Of a stretch of 64,000 nucleotides of DNA, positions 24,850-37,299 are shown piece by piece. Every line of letters starts with the position of its first letter. The stretch's first letter is position 1. Origin of the DNA: Octopus sinensis (lineage: Eukaryota); NCBI RefSeq assembly GCF_006345805.1, contig NC_042998.1:70246001-70310000 (forward strand). The letters run 5' to 3'. The translations under genes were made by a program, and so were the position numbers. The notes beneath the pieces were generated by a model, which did not search any database, was not told where the DNA came from, and was given only the letters and a program-made list of their open reading frames with translations.

Positions 24850-25400
24850 GTATATCAGTACAGGACATCAAAAAAACATTGAACACAATGAGAAATGAAA
24901 ACTTTAAACAAAAACATAGAAACAAATTTTTTTTCGAACAACGAAGAAAACAAATAGAGAAACGAGACATACAACATAAAGAATATTCCCCTTCTTCAGT
25001 TGTCCCTGTTTCAACTACTCTGCATTTCGAAGGCAAGGGTAAGATGCGACTTCGTTGAAACAGTCCTTCCTGCAAAGCAAATCAAATAAAATTTTGGAAT
25101 TTTTGCAGAGGGTGAAAGTGGTATTAAGAACAGGACAGTGAGAACAAAACAGTAAAAACAAATAGTGAGGGCTGTTAAGTCAAGACGATAGAAAAATTAT
25201 TATGAACGCTAGGAAGACAAGCTTATGAAGGAGACAGTATAAGCACGCTTAGCCTTTATGAAGGATGTGGGTAGAAAGGTAGATTCTTTCTTGTCACGTG
25301 TCAGTGACGAGAGAGGAGTGAGAGAGAGGGAATGGTGAAGAGGAGAGGAGAAGAATAGGGAAGGGTGGGAGTTGGGCCCTTTTTGCCGAACTGCTAAGTT
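24850..25400. mobile_element. Unclassified interspersed repeat beside a TA-rich tract
   Basis: Abrupt compositional change and repeat-like character; no recognisable protein motif. Confidence 0.3.
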
Positions 25401-25475
25401 ACAGGGATGTAAACTCAGCAACATCAGTTGTCGAGCGATGGTGGGGGGACAAACATGGACATACAAACATACATA

Positions 25476-25700
25476 TCATCATCATCATCATTTAACGTCT
25501 GTTTTCCATGCTGGCATGGGTTGGACGGTTCGACTGGGGTCTGGGAAGCCAGGAGGCTGCACCAGGCCCCAATCCAATCTGGCAGATCTACAGCTGGATG
25601 CCCTTCCTAATGCTAAATACTCTGAGAGTGTAGTGAGTGCTTTTTAGATGCCACTGGCACAGGGGCCAGAGGAGCTGGCATCGACCATGATCGATGGGCC
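25476..25700 (-). mobile_element. Family A copy
   Basis: catcatcatcatttaacgtctgttttccatgctggcatgggttggacgg... Confidence 0.85.
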
Positions 25701-25855
25701 TCTTTCAGTTTCCGTCTACCAAATCCACTCACAAGGCTTTAATTGGCCTGAGGCTATAGCAGAAGACATTTGCCCAAGGTACCATGTAGTGGGACCGAAC
25801 CTGGGACCATGTAGTTGGGAAGCAAGCTTCTTAGTACACAGCCATACCTGTGCCT
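25700..25855 (-). mobile_element. SINE family B, 5' half
   Basis: Reverse complement of 10660-10810. Confidence 0.75.
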
Positions 25856-25866
25856 ATATTCTTACT

Positions 25867-26093
25867 GCGAGCTGGCAGAATTGTTAGCACGCCGGCCGGA
25901 ATGCATAGCAGTATTCCGGCTGCCGCTACATTCTGAGTTCAAATTCCGCTGAGGTCGACTTTGCCTTTTATCCTTTCGGGGTCGATAAATTAAGTACCAG
26001 TTACAGACTGGGGTCGATGTAATCGACTTAATTCGTTTGTCTGTCCTTGTTTGTCCCCTCTGTGTGTAGCCCCTTGTGGGTAAGAAAGAAACA
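25867..26093 (+). mobile_element. SINE family C with a 12-bp TSD
   Basis: TSD TATATTCTTACT at 25855-25866 and 26094-26105. Confidence 0.9.
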
Positions 26094-27449
26094 TATATTC
26101 TTACTACACAGCCATTCCTGTGCCAAGCTTTGGGTGCACAAAAGATGCAGTGTGACCATAAATTAGTTGTGAGAGAGAAGATTTTGTATGTCATAAATAA
26201 ACAGGAGTAGTTTGTGATCTGTGTATCCTTTCAAATGTTTGAAAAGTTCCTTAGAAGTAGATTATAGCTTTTGTTAAATTAGGTGACTTAATTAGCAGTG
26301 GGGGTAGGTGTTCAAAAGGATTTGTGTCATAAGACTGAACATGAGAAGACAAAATTCAAATGACTTAATAATCAAGAGACTTGAAAGGCTTGATGCTCAG
26401 AATATTGAGTTTTGAAATAATGCTGGGGAAAAATATGAAAATTGACCTTAAAATATATTTATTTATGGTTTATTCAACAAACATATTGTAGCATATTTTC
26501 TTCTTTTATTCTGCTACATTAGAAGAAAAATAGCAGTTTGATAATAAAGATTATTTGAGAAGCATATTTCCTCCTTTTATTATGTATGTTATATCAGTAT
26601 AACTATTTTAGGGGAAAATAAGAGGGAAAATGCTCTTAAAAACATTTATTCATCGCTTCAAATGTAGTTTATTTGAGAAACATATTATAACATTTACTTT
26701 TTTATATTAAGCTGTGTCAAAATAACAAAGGCATATGAGATACAGTGAACATATTTACTTACAGAAAATAATAATGATTTCTTTATCACAGGATGATAAT
26801 GATAAAAGTATATTGTAGGGATTCATATCAAGGACATAAACAAAAACTTAGATAGTTACCTTTTTTGAATATTCTGTTCTTAAAGTTGCCTCATTATCAA
26901 ATGTTTTCCTCCTTATGCATATGCTTATCTCTCTTTGCTTTCACTCTTTTGCTTTATAATACTGACATTAAGTTCAGTCTTTCGATTGTTTGATTTGTTT
27001 ACATTTGTATTAAAAGAAAAAGGAAACTATTAAATAATGAGAGAATTTAAAGAAGGGAAGTATTCAATAAATAAACTATTTCAGTTTTCACTTAGGTCTT
27101 CATTATCTTATCCCTGTTGTATGCTTCTATCATCATCGTTGTCATCGTGTAAGTAAATAAAAAGACCATTCTTGCTTACCTTTATTATTCTGATTTAGCA
27201 GAATAAAAATAAATATGTTATTATAAATTCCCTTTCAGAACCACAAATAGATGTCTTTTAAGGTTGCTTTCCACATTATTTTACTCTTAAACTATTTCAA
27301 AATTTGACTTTCTGAGGTTTTGATCTTTCAAGCTCTCTTATTTTTTTGTTTTAGGTCATTTGAAGTCAGCCTTCTTCAAATTTCGCTTTCTTGCATTTAG
27401 TTTTATGATGAGAATCTATTTTGAAGGTTTAGTAACTGGAGAGAAAATA

Positions 27450-27980
27450 GGGTGTAAAAAGGTTCAAGGAAATATCATGTTTGCTAGCTGCCAATGGATT
27501 TTCTCTGAGAGTGAAGGGCAAATTGTCTGATGCTTAGGTATAAAGTTCAACGTTGCATGGTAGCAAAACATGGGGATTGAATGCAAAAACTGGATGTCTA
27601 ATATTTGTGTGAATGAATGAATGATGAACCACAAATGAACTAAAAGAAAACTGAGAACAGGGAATGAGAAGGATCAGCTGTAGTGTATAAAGAGGAAACC
27701 AGGCTGATCAGGATATGTCTGAAGGTCATCTGTAATACCAAAGGAATATCAGGCAATCCAAGTGGAAAGAACCTGTGGAAGAGGGTGAGGCAGACATTGG
27801 AACAAGTGGTGAAAGCTGATCATAAAATGCTGAACTTCATGAAGTTGTTGACAAAGAACCTTGCAAGTGGTGAGACACTAGTAGACAAGACCATCCATCC
27901 AACATGTACAATCAAAGAAAATTGGGTATAAGCTGACAATGATGATGATTATGATAATAATAATGATGACGATGACGATG
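27450..27980 (+). pseudogene. Decayed RTE LINE 3' ORF fragment
   Basis: KRFKEISCLLAANGFSLRVKGKLSDA resembles AKFRELLLLLVTKGLSFRVKGRL at 61180; ends in (GAT)n. Confidence 0.7.
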
Positions 27981-28009
27981 AAACAATGCTGATATGTATG
28001 CTCACACAG

Positions 28010-28230
28010 ACATAGCTGTGTGGTAAAAATGTTTGCTTCCTAACCATGTAATTTTCTGTTTAGTCCCAATGTATAACACTTTTTACAACTACCATCTGCC
28101 ATAGCCCCTGGCTGAGCAAAGCCTTTTGTGTGGATTTGGTAGGCAGAAACTGAAAGAAGCCTGTTGTGTGTGTATGTGTATGTGTGTATTTGTGTATGCA
28201 TATATGTATGTATGCATCTCTCTATATATG
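28010..28230 (+). mobile_element. SINE family B, partial
   Basis: atagctgtgtggtaaaaatgtttgcttcctaaccatg..ggatttggtaggcagaaactgaaagaagcc. Confidence 0.7.
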
Positions 28231-30040
28231 TATACATGTGTGTGTGTGTGCTCATTGGTGAGTGTATCTGTGTTTGTGTCTTGTTTTGAAATCACATGAT
28301 AGTCGTAAATGAGTGTCACCACCATAGAAGTGGAGTTGTTCATTTCTAATCTTCTACAAAAACCCTGTCCTGCTTTGAAAAAAAACGGTAATGGTGACAC
28401 ATAGGAAAGGCATCCAGCCATAGACCACTTACCTCGATGACCTCTGTCCAACCCATGCAAGCACAGAAAAGTAAACATTAAAATGACGATGATATTTGTG
28501 TGTGTGTGCGCATAAGTATATAACAGTATCTCAATATGCTTGTGTAGGTGGTTCTTCAATATATATAATATATACCACTGGTATATATTAAATATACCAC
28601 TGGTAATTGTTTCTACTATAAACTTTTTTTTTCCTGCAACTTCTGTCATCTTTATGCTTATTTCCTTTCATTTCTTTCCTTAATGCCATCCGCAATACTA
28701 CCACAGTTCCAGAACATTCATAAGCTGATAATACTGATGCTGGTGCCATTGCCATGGTCACCGCAGTTCTGAATGTCTCAAAGAGAAGTTCAAAAGCAAT
28801 GTCTGTTAGTAGCGATTAGTTAATCTTATCTTTGCTGTTTTCCTCAACATACAACTGTACTCTCTGCAAACCTTCAACCCTTTGCACTATCGGAATCGCA
28901 ATAGTTTGCTGTTTAATATGACAGATGATGCCTTACAAGTGAGACTACTAATGCTGTTTCTGCTTTGGCTAATATGTTTGTTAAACTAAATACCTAGCAT
29001 ATGACATGTAACCTTTCAACAAAGCAGAACAGAACCAAAATAAAAACAAACCAACAAACAAACAAACAAAAAATAAAAGGAAAAGAAAAAAAAGGGAGAG
29101 GAGGAGGAGGAGGAGGAGGAGGAAGCAAAAGAAAAAGGAAGAAGCATATTTAAGGTCGATGTGATAGCTAACATCTTTGTAGTATTTGAAGAGTCTTTTG
29201 AAGTGGAGCAGTAACTAGGAACTTGGCTCTTTACAGCGCCAACCCAATCTATTGCTAATGTTACAACTCATTCACAGATGTCAGCACCGCTGAAGTCACA
29301 AGCTGTGAACTAAATCCCCCAGATGCCTGAAGGCAGCAGCAGCCAAGTAAAAGAGAATCAGCAGAAGAGGCATTAACACAGCTGTGCATTCTATCTTGAT
29401 TACATTATCAAAGTTTTGCCTGTGTCATTTAACAAAGCAAATATAGAAGACAAGAAATAAATAAAGCAAATAAATATATATAAATAAAGAAATAATTAGC
29501 AAAACAGACACAACCATTATTATTGCTTGCCACTGCTGCTACGGGCACATCTTCCTTGATTTGCTTGTTATTAAGATTAAAACACCAAAATTCTCATGAA
29601 TTTAGGACATAGTTCAAATAGGGAATGACATCCACGATTCTCTCCCCTCTCTCTCTCCTCTCTTTTGGTGCATTTTCTCATTATTTCTTTTTATCGTGGT
29701 TTCTTTGTAGAGAGTTCTATTAAAGGTACACAACTATGCAGTACTCTCTTTCACCTCTCTCTCTTATGTTTAAAATGTAAACATTTCTCTGCTTCATCAC
29801 CCTTTACATTATTGCTCTCTTTATAAGGTCTCTCCCACTCTCTGTCACACACACACACACACACACACATATGCATATATGTATGTATATGCATGCATAT
29901 ATATATATGTATGTATGTATATATATTGATATATGTATGTTTATGTATGTGTTTACATATATATGTGTGTGTATATGTATGTATATATTTATATATGTTT
30001 TTAATACATATATATGTGTATGTATGTTTTGATACATATA

Positions 30041-30071
<31 letters not shown>

Positions 30072-30074
30072 CAA

Positions 30075-30250
30075 AATGTGACCTCGTGTGTACTGTTGGC
30101 GATTTTTGTTTCCTCTGTCTTCCCTTCTCTGGATCTTTCCTTCTCCTATGTTTCCGACGAAGAGCTCCGCTCGAAACATTAAACCCGCCTTCTTTCCTTC
30201 TTTCTTGAGCGTCCAATAATACTATATTTGTTCCACGTCCTCGCGTTATG
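30075..30250 (+). mobile_element. Second copy of the 8110-8285 repeat, with a hammerhead-like motif at 30150-30184
   Basis: GTTT-CCGACGA-A-GAGC-TCC-GCTC-GAAAC-ATT-AAAC; starts right after (TA)n. Confidence 0.65.
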
Positions 30251-30884
30251 ATAACAGTTTGTGATTGGAAAAACAACTAGAAATTCTCTGTTGGGTATTG
30301 AAACTGTATCTTTTGTTTCCAAGATGGTTGTGTAACTACATATACTACACTGCATTTATGTACTCTCCAAGTGAGTACATGTTTTTTTATGTCTGTTTTT
30401 GCAAGCCATCATGGGTTAGACAAGTCATGGGCAAACTGTGTTCAGTGACACTTTCTGAACGACACATCTAATGAAAAATTACATTAGATTTTATATTTGT
30501 AGTGTGTTCTTCCTGATGATGAGTCATGTTTTATGCAGCCCACTTCTTCAAAAAGATTGCCAACACCTAAATTAGACAAATGCATATTTTTGAAGCATTG
30601 CTTTTACAGTTGTATGCCTTTTTATTGCTAACCCTTACCTACTTTCATGTAAAGGAGTTTGTGCCTTTCATTTTGCCAAGGTCTCTGACTGTCTCTCTAT
30701 CCTTCTCTTTAATTCTCTCCCACCTTCCTTCTCCTTCCTTATCCTGCTGGGGTGGCCAAGTATCTCTTCTAAGGTAAGACAATTATCTCTGTTCCTATAT
30801 TGTACTCTGACCTCTTGCCTGGCACACAACTACTTTCCTTGGTTCTACTTCTCTCAACTAAGAGGTCCTTTGTCTTGCAAGTTA

Positions 30885-31090
30885 CTTGGCAACCCTGCTG
30901 GTGGCACCTAAAAAGCACCCAGTACATTCTGTAAAGTGGTTGGCATTAGAAAGGGCATCCAGTCATAGAAGCCATGCCAAAACAGACAACTGGTGCTTGG
31001 TGCAGCTCTCGAGCTTGCCAGTTCCTGTCAAACTGTTCAACCCATGTCAACAAGGAAAGCAGACGTTAAATGACGATGATGGCGATGAAT
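30885..31090 (+). mobile_element. Family A copy, degenerate
   Basis: ggtggcacctaaaaagcacccagtac..gaaagggcatccag..gttaaatgacgatgat. Confidence 0.75.
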
Positions 31091-31646
31091 AAAATAAAGT
31101 CCCAGTTGATTAATCAATTAATTAGCTTTGATATTTGACTGGTACCTATTTCTGACCTTGTACCTGTATTGGGAATTATTCGCCTCATTGACTTAGAATG
31201 GAAGGTGAGTGTGAGAGAGGGAAGTTCTGTCCTCCAGTAAATCCATTCAAAGATTAGTGAGAGCAGTGTGCAAGGCCTCAGTGAATGAATCTCTCCTGAG
31301 CATGTGTCTGTAGGCTGGAGCATATAATACAGAAAGAGCACCTGACTTTAGTAGTTACGATAATCATGGATCAGTGGGAGCTCATTGATTAGCCCCTAGG
31401 TAATATGGATCCACCCCTTGATGTTCTATAACACATGTATACATATGGCGGTGCCCCAGCATGGCCACAGCTCATAAGCTGAAACTAGAATCAATCAATC
31501 AATCATAGTATGCCAAATCTCCCACATTTTGTACTCTGGCCCTTAACCCTTTCCCTGCCTGAATCATTTTAAATAAGTTTGTCCAAAACGTCCATGTTTG
31601 TTTTCAGGCTTTTAAGTTAGTCTTTGTTTCATACGTTCTGAGTGAT

Positions 31647-31877
31647 TTAACCCTTTTGTTACCATATTTATTTTGAGATGCTTTGTGTTTCTGTCAATTA
31701 ATTTTAAATATAACAAAAGAATTTAGTAAAATAACTTTGTTGTCATTAAGCTAGTGTTAGGAACATAAATTGTGACTAAGGTTTGGTGGAAGATTTTCAT
31801 TCAAAACATATGAAAACAAGACATTTGTACTACAGAGCCAGAGGCGGTTTCAGGCGGGTTGGTATTGAAAGGGATAA
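31647..31877. mobile_element. piggyBac-like MITE, second family
   Basis: TTAA-CCCTTTTGTTACC ... GGTATTGAAAGGG-ATAA: CCC/GGG termini with a TTAA-like TSD. Confidence 0.65.
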
Positions 31878-33556
31878 GGCTTTCCTTTCCTTTCATAATT
31901 CCCAAATTATTCTGGTACTTGACAAAAAAAAAAAAAATTGTAATGTGTATCATATATAATGCACGGATGCCAGAAAAATATGTCCTATGTAGCATATGTG
32001 CTGCACAGAACAGGCAAGGGTGGTAGTAGTGGTGGTGGTGGTGGTGGGGGAGGCTTCTCTCAGTTTTCACCTTTGTAGTTTATAAAAAAGATTAGAGTGT
32101 CAGATGAAATCCCCTGCGGTATTTGTTAAGGCTCTTTATATTCTGAGTTCAAATCCCACTGAGGTCAGTTATGCCTGTTACCCTTCCAGGGTCAATAGAA
32201 TGATATACTAGTCAAGTGCTGGGGTGAATATAATTGACTGTTACCTCACTTCTTCCACTACAATTCCTGGTCTTGTATCAACGATAGAAATGATCATCAC
32301 TGATGTTGTTGTTATTTAATCCCAAGTGAGCTCTGAGTGAGCATACCTATGATCAATAACATTCCACTCATGACCATCCCGTCTGTATATTAAGGTGGCA
32401 TGATGTGCTATGAAGTTGGGAGATTTGACTGCTATTTCTAGCAGCTTGATCGACCTGCTCTGCTGTTGTTACTGCTACACCATTCTTCATTATATCCAAA
32501 TGTTACATCATCACAATCTTCACCTTTAGAACCATTCTTAGAACTATTATTATTATTGTTGTTGTTGTTGTTTTTGCTACTGTAGTCGTCCCCCTCCTCC
32601 CTCCTCCCGTCATCTAAGTGGTTTTGCAGTTGCACCAACTTCATTGTTGGAGTGTGCAATACCGCATTCCTTTCTCTAGCATTTCACAAGGAATTAACTG
32701 AGTGCATTTTACCCCATCCCCCACCCACCCCGAAGTTTGCAGAAATGCAGTGTGCACACTCTTGTTTCTTCTTCTTCTTCTTCTCCACCCCCACCCCCTC
32801 CAGTGAGATGCACATTTGTGCATTTCATCAAATTAGACACGATGTGATTTGCCCTACATTGCATGATACTGCAGTCTGACTGTGCAGTTGCACCACCATC
32901 GCTTGCACTGTTGTCGGTGTCTGTCTGTGACTGCGTCTGTGAGGTCTTGCAGTTGCAGTTTCGATACCCGCTTTCATGTTGCATCACTACTAACCAACGA
33001 CGCCACCACCACCACCATCATCATCACCACTATTCTATATGTATATATTTGTGTGTGTATGTGCGTATCTGTGTGTGTGTGTGTGTGTGTCTGTCTGTCT
33101 GCTTAAGCATGCCTGTGTGTTTGTGTTGTACCTTGAAGACTTCGCTCGTTGTACAGTTAGCTGCAGCTTTCTATCCAGACTTCTTCCACTACCACCACCA
33201 CCACCACATCCACTACAATAACTACTACTACTACTACTAACAAAAACAACAACATATCACTACTCTTCCTACCACGGTGGCACTAAACACTCACTACTAC
33301 TGCCTGTACCTCTATTGCTGTCGTGGTACACCACTGCTATAACTGTCAGTACCACCATCAGTACTGCCACACATACATGTGCATGAATGTGTATGTGTGT
33401 GTGTCTTAGAAAAGAATAAAGGTTATCAATAACTTTTCGTAAGTGTGTGTATGCACGAGGCCCGAATGTGTTTGATTATGTTTGTAATTATGTGGTGTGT
33501 GTGTGTGGTGTGTGTGTGTACATGTGTGTGATTGTGTATGATTGTCAGTTAGTTGT

Positions 33557-33599
<43 letters not shown>

Positions 33600-33602
<3 letters not shown>

Positions 33603-33765
33603 GTAAGATAATATGTGACAATTATTCAATAGCCAAGATAAAACTCTGAGTTTCGGATGCCGAGGTGGAAATCCACAACACCATCTCTTCGGTTCAGTTT
33701 CCTCTATTTACATAATATTGAGGTCTCTTTCTTTCTTTCGTTATCTTACCGTTTTTACCAATATA
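33600..33765 (-). mobile_element. (TA)n-embedded repeat with a hammerhead-like motif (33639-33694)
   Basis: Minus AA-CCGAAGA-GATG..GTGGATTTCCAC..CATC-C-GAAAC-TCAGA-GTT-TT; (TA)n on both sides; stem I weak. Confidence 0.4.
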
Positions 33766-33778
33766 TATATATATATAT

Positions 33779-33833
<55 letters not shown>

Positions 33834-34673
33834 GAAGTTGTATCTCTGTGTGTGTGTGTGAGCTGTATTTGTATCTATGAGTGCATGTAAAAGTCATGTA
33901 TGTGTGTGTGTGTGTGTGTGTGTGTGAGGCCAACAGACTTTGTCAACACAACCCCCTCTCCTCTTCCCTGCCTCTGTCTGTCTGTGTGTCTGCTAGATCT
34001 TGCTCACTTCAAACACCCTCTCATGCTATGCTGTATGAGTGTGCGTCTGTGTCTTATATAGTGTGCATGTGTGACTGCCAAACTGCATTAACTCTGCACT
34101 CAACTCTTTTTATGTATATATATATATATATATATATTTATCATCATCATCATTGTTTAATATATATATATATGTATATGTATATATCAGGCACATGCAT
34201 GCACTCATGCACATGTCAGGCACATGGATATACACTCTATAATATGCTGTGTACATGTACATGTATATTCCATATATGAAAGTACATGTATGTTGATGGG
34301 TGTAAATATATATGGGTGTATATATATATATATATATATGTAACCACTTCTCAGATGCATGCACACACACATACACACGCATGCATACACACACTCAATG
34401 CAATGTATACACGTTGACACACGTGCACGCACATGTATATTCACCTCTTACATACACCCTGTGTGCCTACTGTTTAGTACTGTTATTTTCTTTGTCTAAT
34501 AATGGTGTTGTGAGGTGGTTCTATGGTACTGTTTATTGTGAGGTTATTGTAGAAGGGTGTTAGCAACTTTTGACGGAATTGTAGGCTTGTGATAACAGTA
34601 GTAGTAGTAGTTGTAATAGCAGTAGCAGCAGCTGTCATAGAGGAGAGGAGAAAGAGTATGTACCTCACAGCTG

Positions 34674-34715
<42 letters not shown>

Positions 34716-35739
34716 GTTTCAAATTTTGACACAAGACCAGCAAGTTTAAGGGGAAAGGTGGAAGTTGATTACATCAACCTTAGTACAATGTACTGATAAT
34801 TCTGCTAAATTTTTCTTGCCAACCTGGGAACCTCTGCTTGGTTGCCTGACCTTATATCTCCCTTATATCGCATCCTAACATCCTAACATCTTCAAATGCA
34901 AAAAACACACAAAATAATATAATCCTGGAAGCACTGAATAAAAGATGGGATGGTCACAGCTGGAATGCCTTTGATCATGAATGGCTTGATCAAGGATGAC
35001 CTTAGGCTAAACATCAACACCCTTTTACCTCACTCTTTCTAAGTAATATCCTCTAGAGCAAATGAGCTTATAACTTCAAGTTATCTAAACATCAATCAGT
35101 TTAACAATGCTACCACTACTTACACTGGTATCTCTGTATCATCTTCTATTTACAGCCAGGTGAAGTGAGACTTTTAAAAGTTAAAAAATGTTACTTTGAT
35201 GATAGCCAGAGCCCAGTAGCAGCACCAATAATCCTTCATTGCATACCTACTAGCTGACCATGTACTGCCAATAATGATGGTTAATTGTAGTATTTTATAT
35301 ATAAATAAGGTACATAATAATCACACATAAAAACATTTACACACTTCCCTTGTACATGCACGCATATACACACATATACGCACACAGAATTGAAATGCTG
35401 ATTTTTTTCCACCCCTTCCTTATTCATCTATCACACCTTCCTTTCTCTCATTGCTATTACTTTCTCTCTATCCCTCTCAGTTTGGGCTATTACTCTCACT
35501 ACTTCTCCTTCACTGAATTACTATATTAGGTAGTCTTCAGTTTTTGGCCTGGTAAAACCTGCATAATGTTCTGTATAGCAGATTCTATGTAACACACACT
35601 GTATAATATTTCTTCCAAGGCAATGGATGTAGAATGAAATGGATGTAGAATGAAGTCTAAACAGTTCAGAATGTTAGTGACATGTGGTCAGGGTAGACTG
35701 TAGACTATCTAATTGTACTAAAACTAGTGTCTAGTTGTG

Positions 35740-36310
35740 TAGCAGGTGATAGATAGGTGAATGTAATGTTAGTGACAGGTGAAATGTAAGTGAGCAGTAG
35801 GTGTAATGGCAGTTAATGACGGGTGTTGTGTGAGTGAGTATGTGTAATACTGGTAAGTAACAGGTGTAATGTTGATGACAGTTATTAATGTAGGTGTGTA
35901 ATGAGTGTAATGTAAAATGTAGGTGAGTGTCAGGTGTTAAGTAGGTGAGCAGCATATGTAATGTATGCTGTGACAGTTGTAATGTTGGTGACAGGTGTAA
36001 TGTAGGGAAGTGACAGGTGTAATGTAGAATTTATGTGACAGATGTAATGCAATGCAGAATGTAGGTGACAGGTGTAATGTAGAGTACGGGTAAGATGTGT
36101 AATGTAAAATTTAGGTGACAGGTATAATATTATGTAGAATTTAGGTGACAGGTGTAATGTAATGTAGAATGTAGGTTAGTGAAAGGTGTAATGTAAGTAT
36201 AACAGGTGTAGTATAGGTGAGCAGTAAGTTAGTTTTATAGGTTATTGGCAAGTATGATGTAGGTGGCAGGTGTAATATAGGTGAGTGTCAGGTGTAATGC
36301 AGGTGAGTGG
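35740..36310. repeat. Degenerate minisatellite with core GTGACAGGTGTAATGTA
   Basis: Roughly 15-18 recognisable cores with variable 5-20 nt linkers. Confidence 0.85.
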
Positions 36311-36370
36311 CATATATATCTGTATACCTGCATATATACATATATATTGGCATGCACACATATACCTGCA

Positions 36371-36484
36371 TTTCTTCTTCTTCTTCTTCTTCTTCTTCTT
36401 CTTCTTCTTCTTCTTCTTCTTCTTCTTCTTCTCCTCCTCCTCCTTCTTCTTCTTCTTCTTCTTCTTCTTCTTCTCCTCCTCCTC
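36371..36484. repeat. (TTC)n/(TCC)n pure polypyrimidine tract
   Basis: Directly visible. Confidence 0.95.
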
Positions 36485-36877
36485 ACTCTGCCCTTAGTAA
36501 CACAGATATTCTATGTGGTAGTGATGGTGATGAAGATAGTAGTAGTGGTGGTGGTGGTGGTGGTGGTGGTGGTGGCAAGAGTACTACTAGTACTCTGTGT
36601 ATATCTTGGTAGACTTGAAAGGAGACATCTGATGACTGACATGTAACTAACACACTCGGTAACCTTCCAATGTCACCGGTTAAAATCACGGGCCCTTATA
36701 CTCTCCACTATTCTCTCTTTCTCTCTGTCCTCTTCTCTCTCTTCCGTGTTCAACTGGATAAACATACATTCCAGACTTCATCATCAGCTCCATCGTCATC
36801 TTTGATTCTTGCCTATAGTTTTATACTTACACACATATATAGTCTTACACACACACACACACATACACACACACACA

Positions 36878-36921
<44 letters not shown>

Positions 36922-37299
36922 TGAGTGTCATCATCGTCAACATAATTTAATGTCTACTTCTCTATGCTTGCCTTGGTCTGATTATATGTATGTACGTATA
37001 TATATATGAATATATGTAGTAATAGTCCAGTAATATATATAAATAACTCCAGTTATATGACACATTGATGATATATATATATAATAATAATATATATATA
37101 AAGTGTATCTATGTGTTTGTGTGTATACATGCACATTGTCAAGTACACACATGCCCACACATTTATATACATACAAGCTCACACATGCACGTCATATACA
37201 TGTATACATGCTCATAGTCTTATTCACATAGACACATATATAATCATATACCTTTACTTTCTCTTTGATCACCCTAACCCTACAAGGTCCATTGATTCA

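Noticed and set aside
24990-25075. Possible hammerhead in the 24.85-kb repeat (CTGAAGAAGGGG; CAACGA..GAAA)
   Set aside because: The core halves do not flank one stem II and stems I/III do not close in this copy.
31165-31345. Possible CR1/L2-type LINE C-terminal relic on the minus strand
   Set aside because: Only a faint LFxYY..CS.E resemblance; too weak to call without a search.
32709-32987. 92-aa minus-strand ORF MMQHESGY...
   Set aside because: No recognisable domain, runs through simple repeats, and overlapping frames are equally open.
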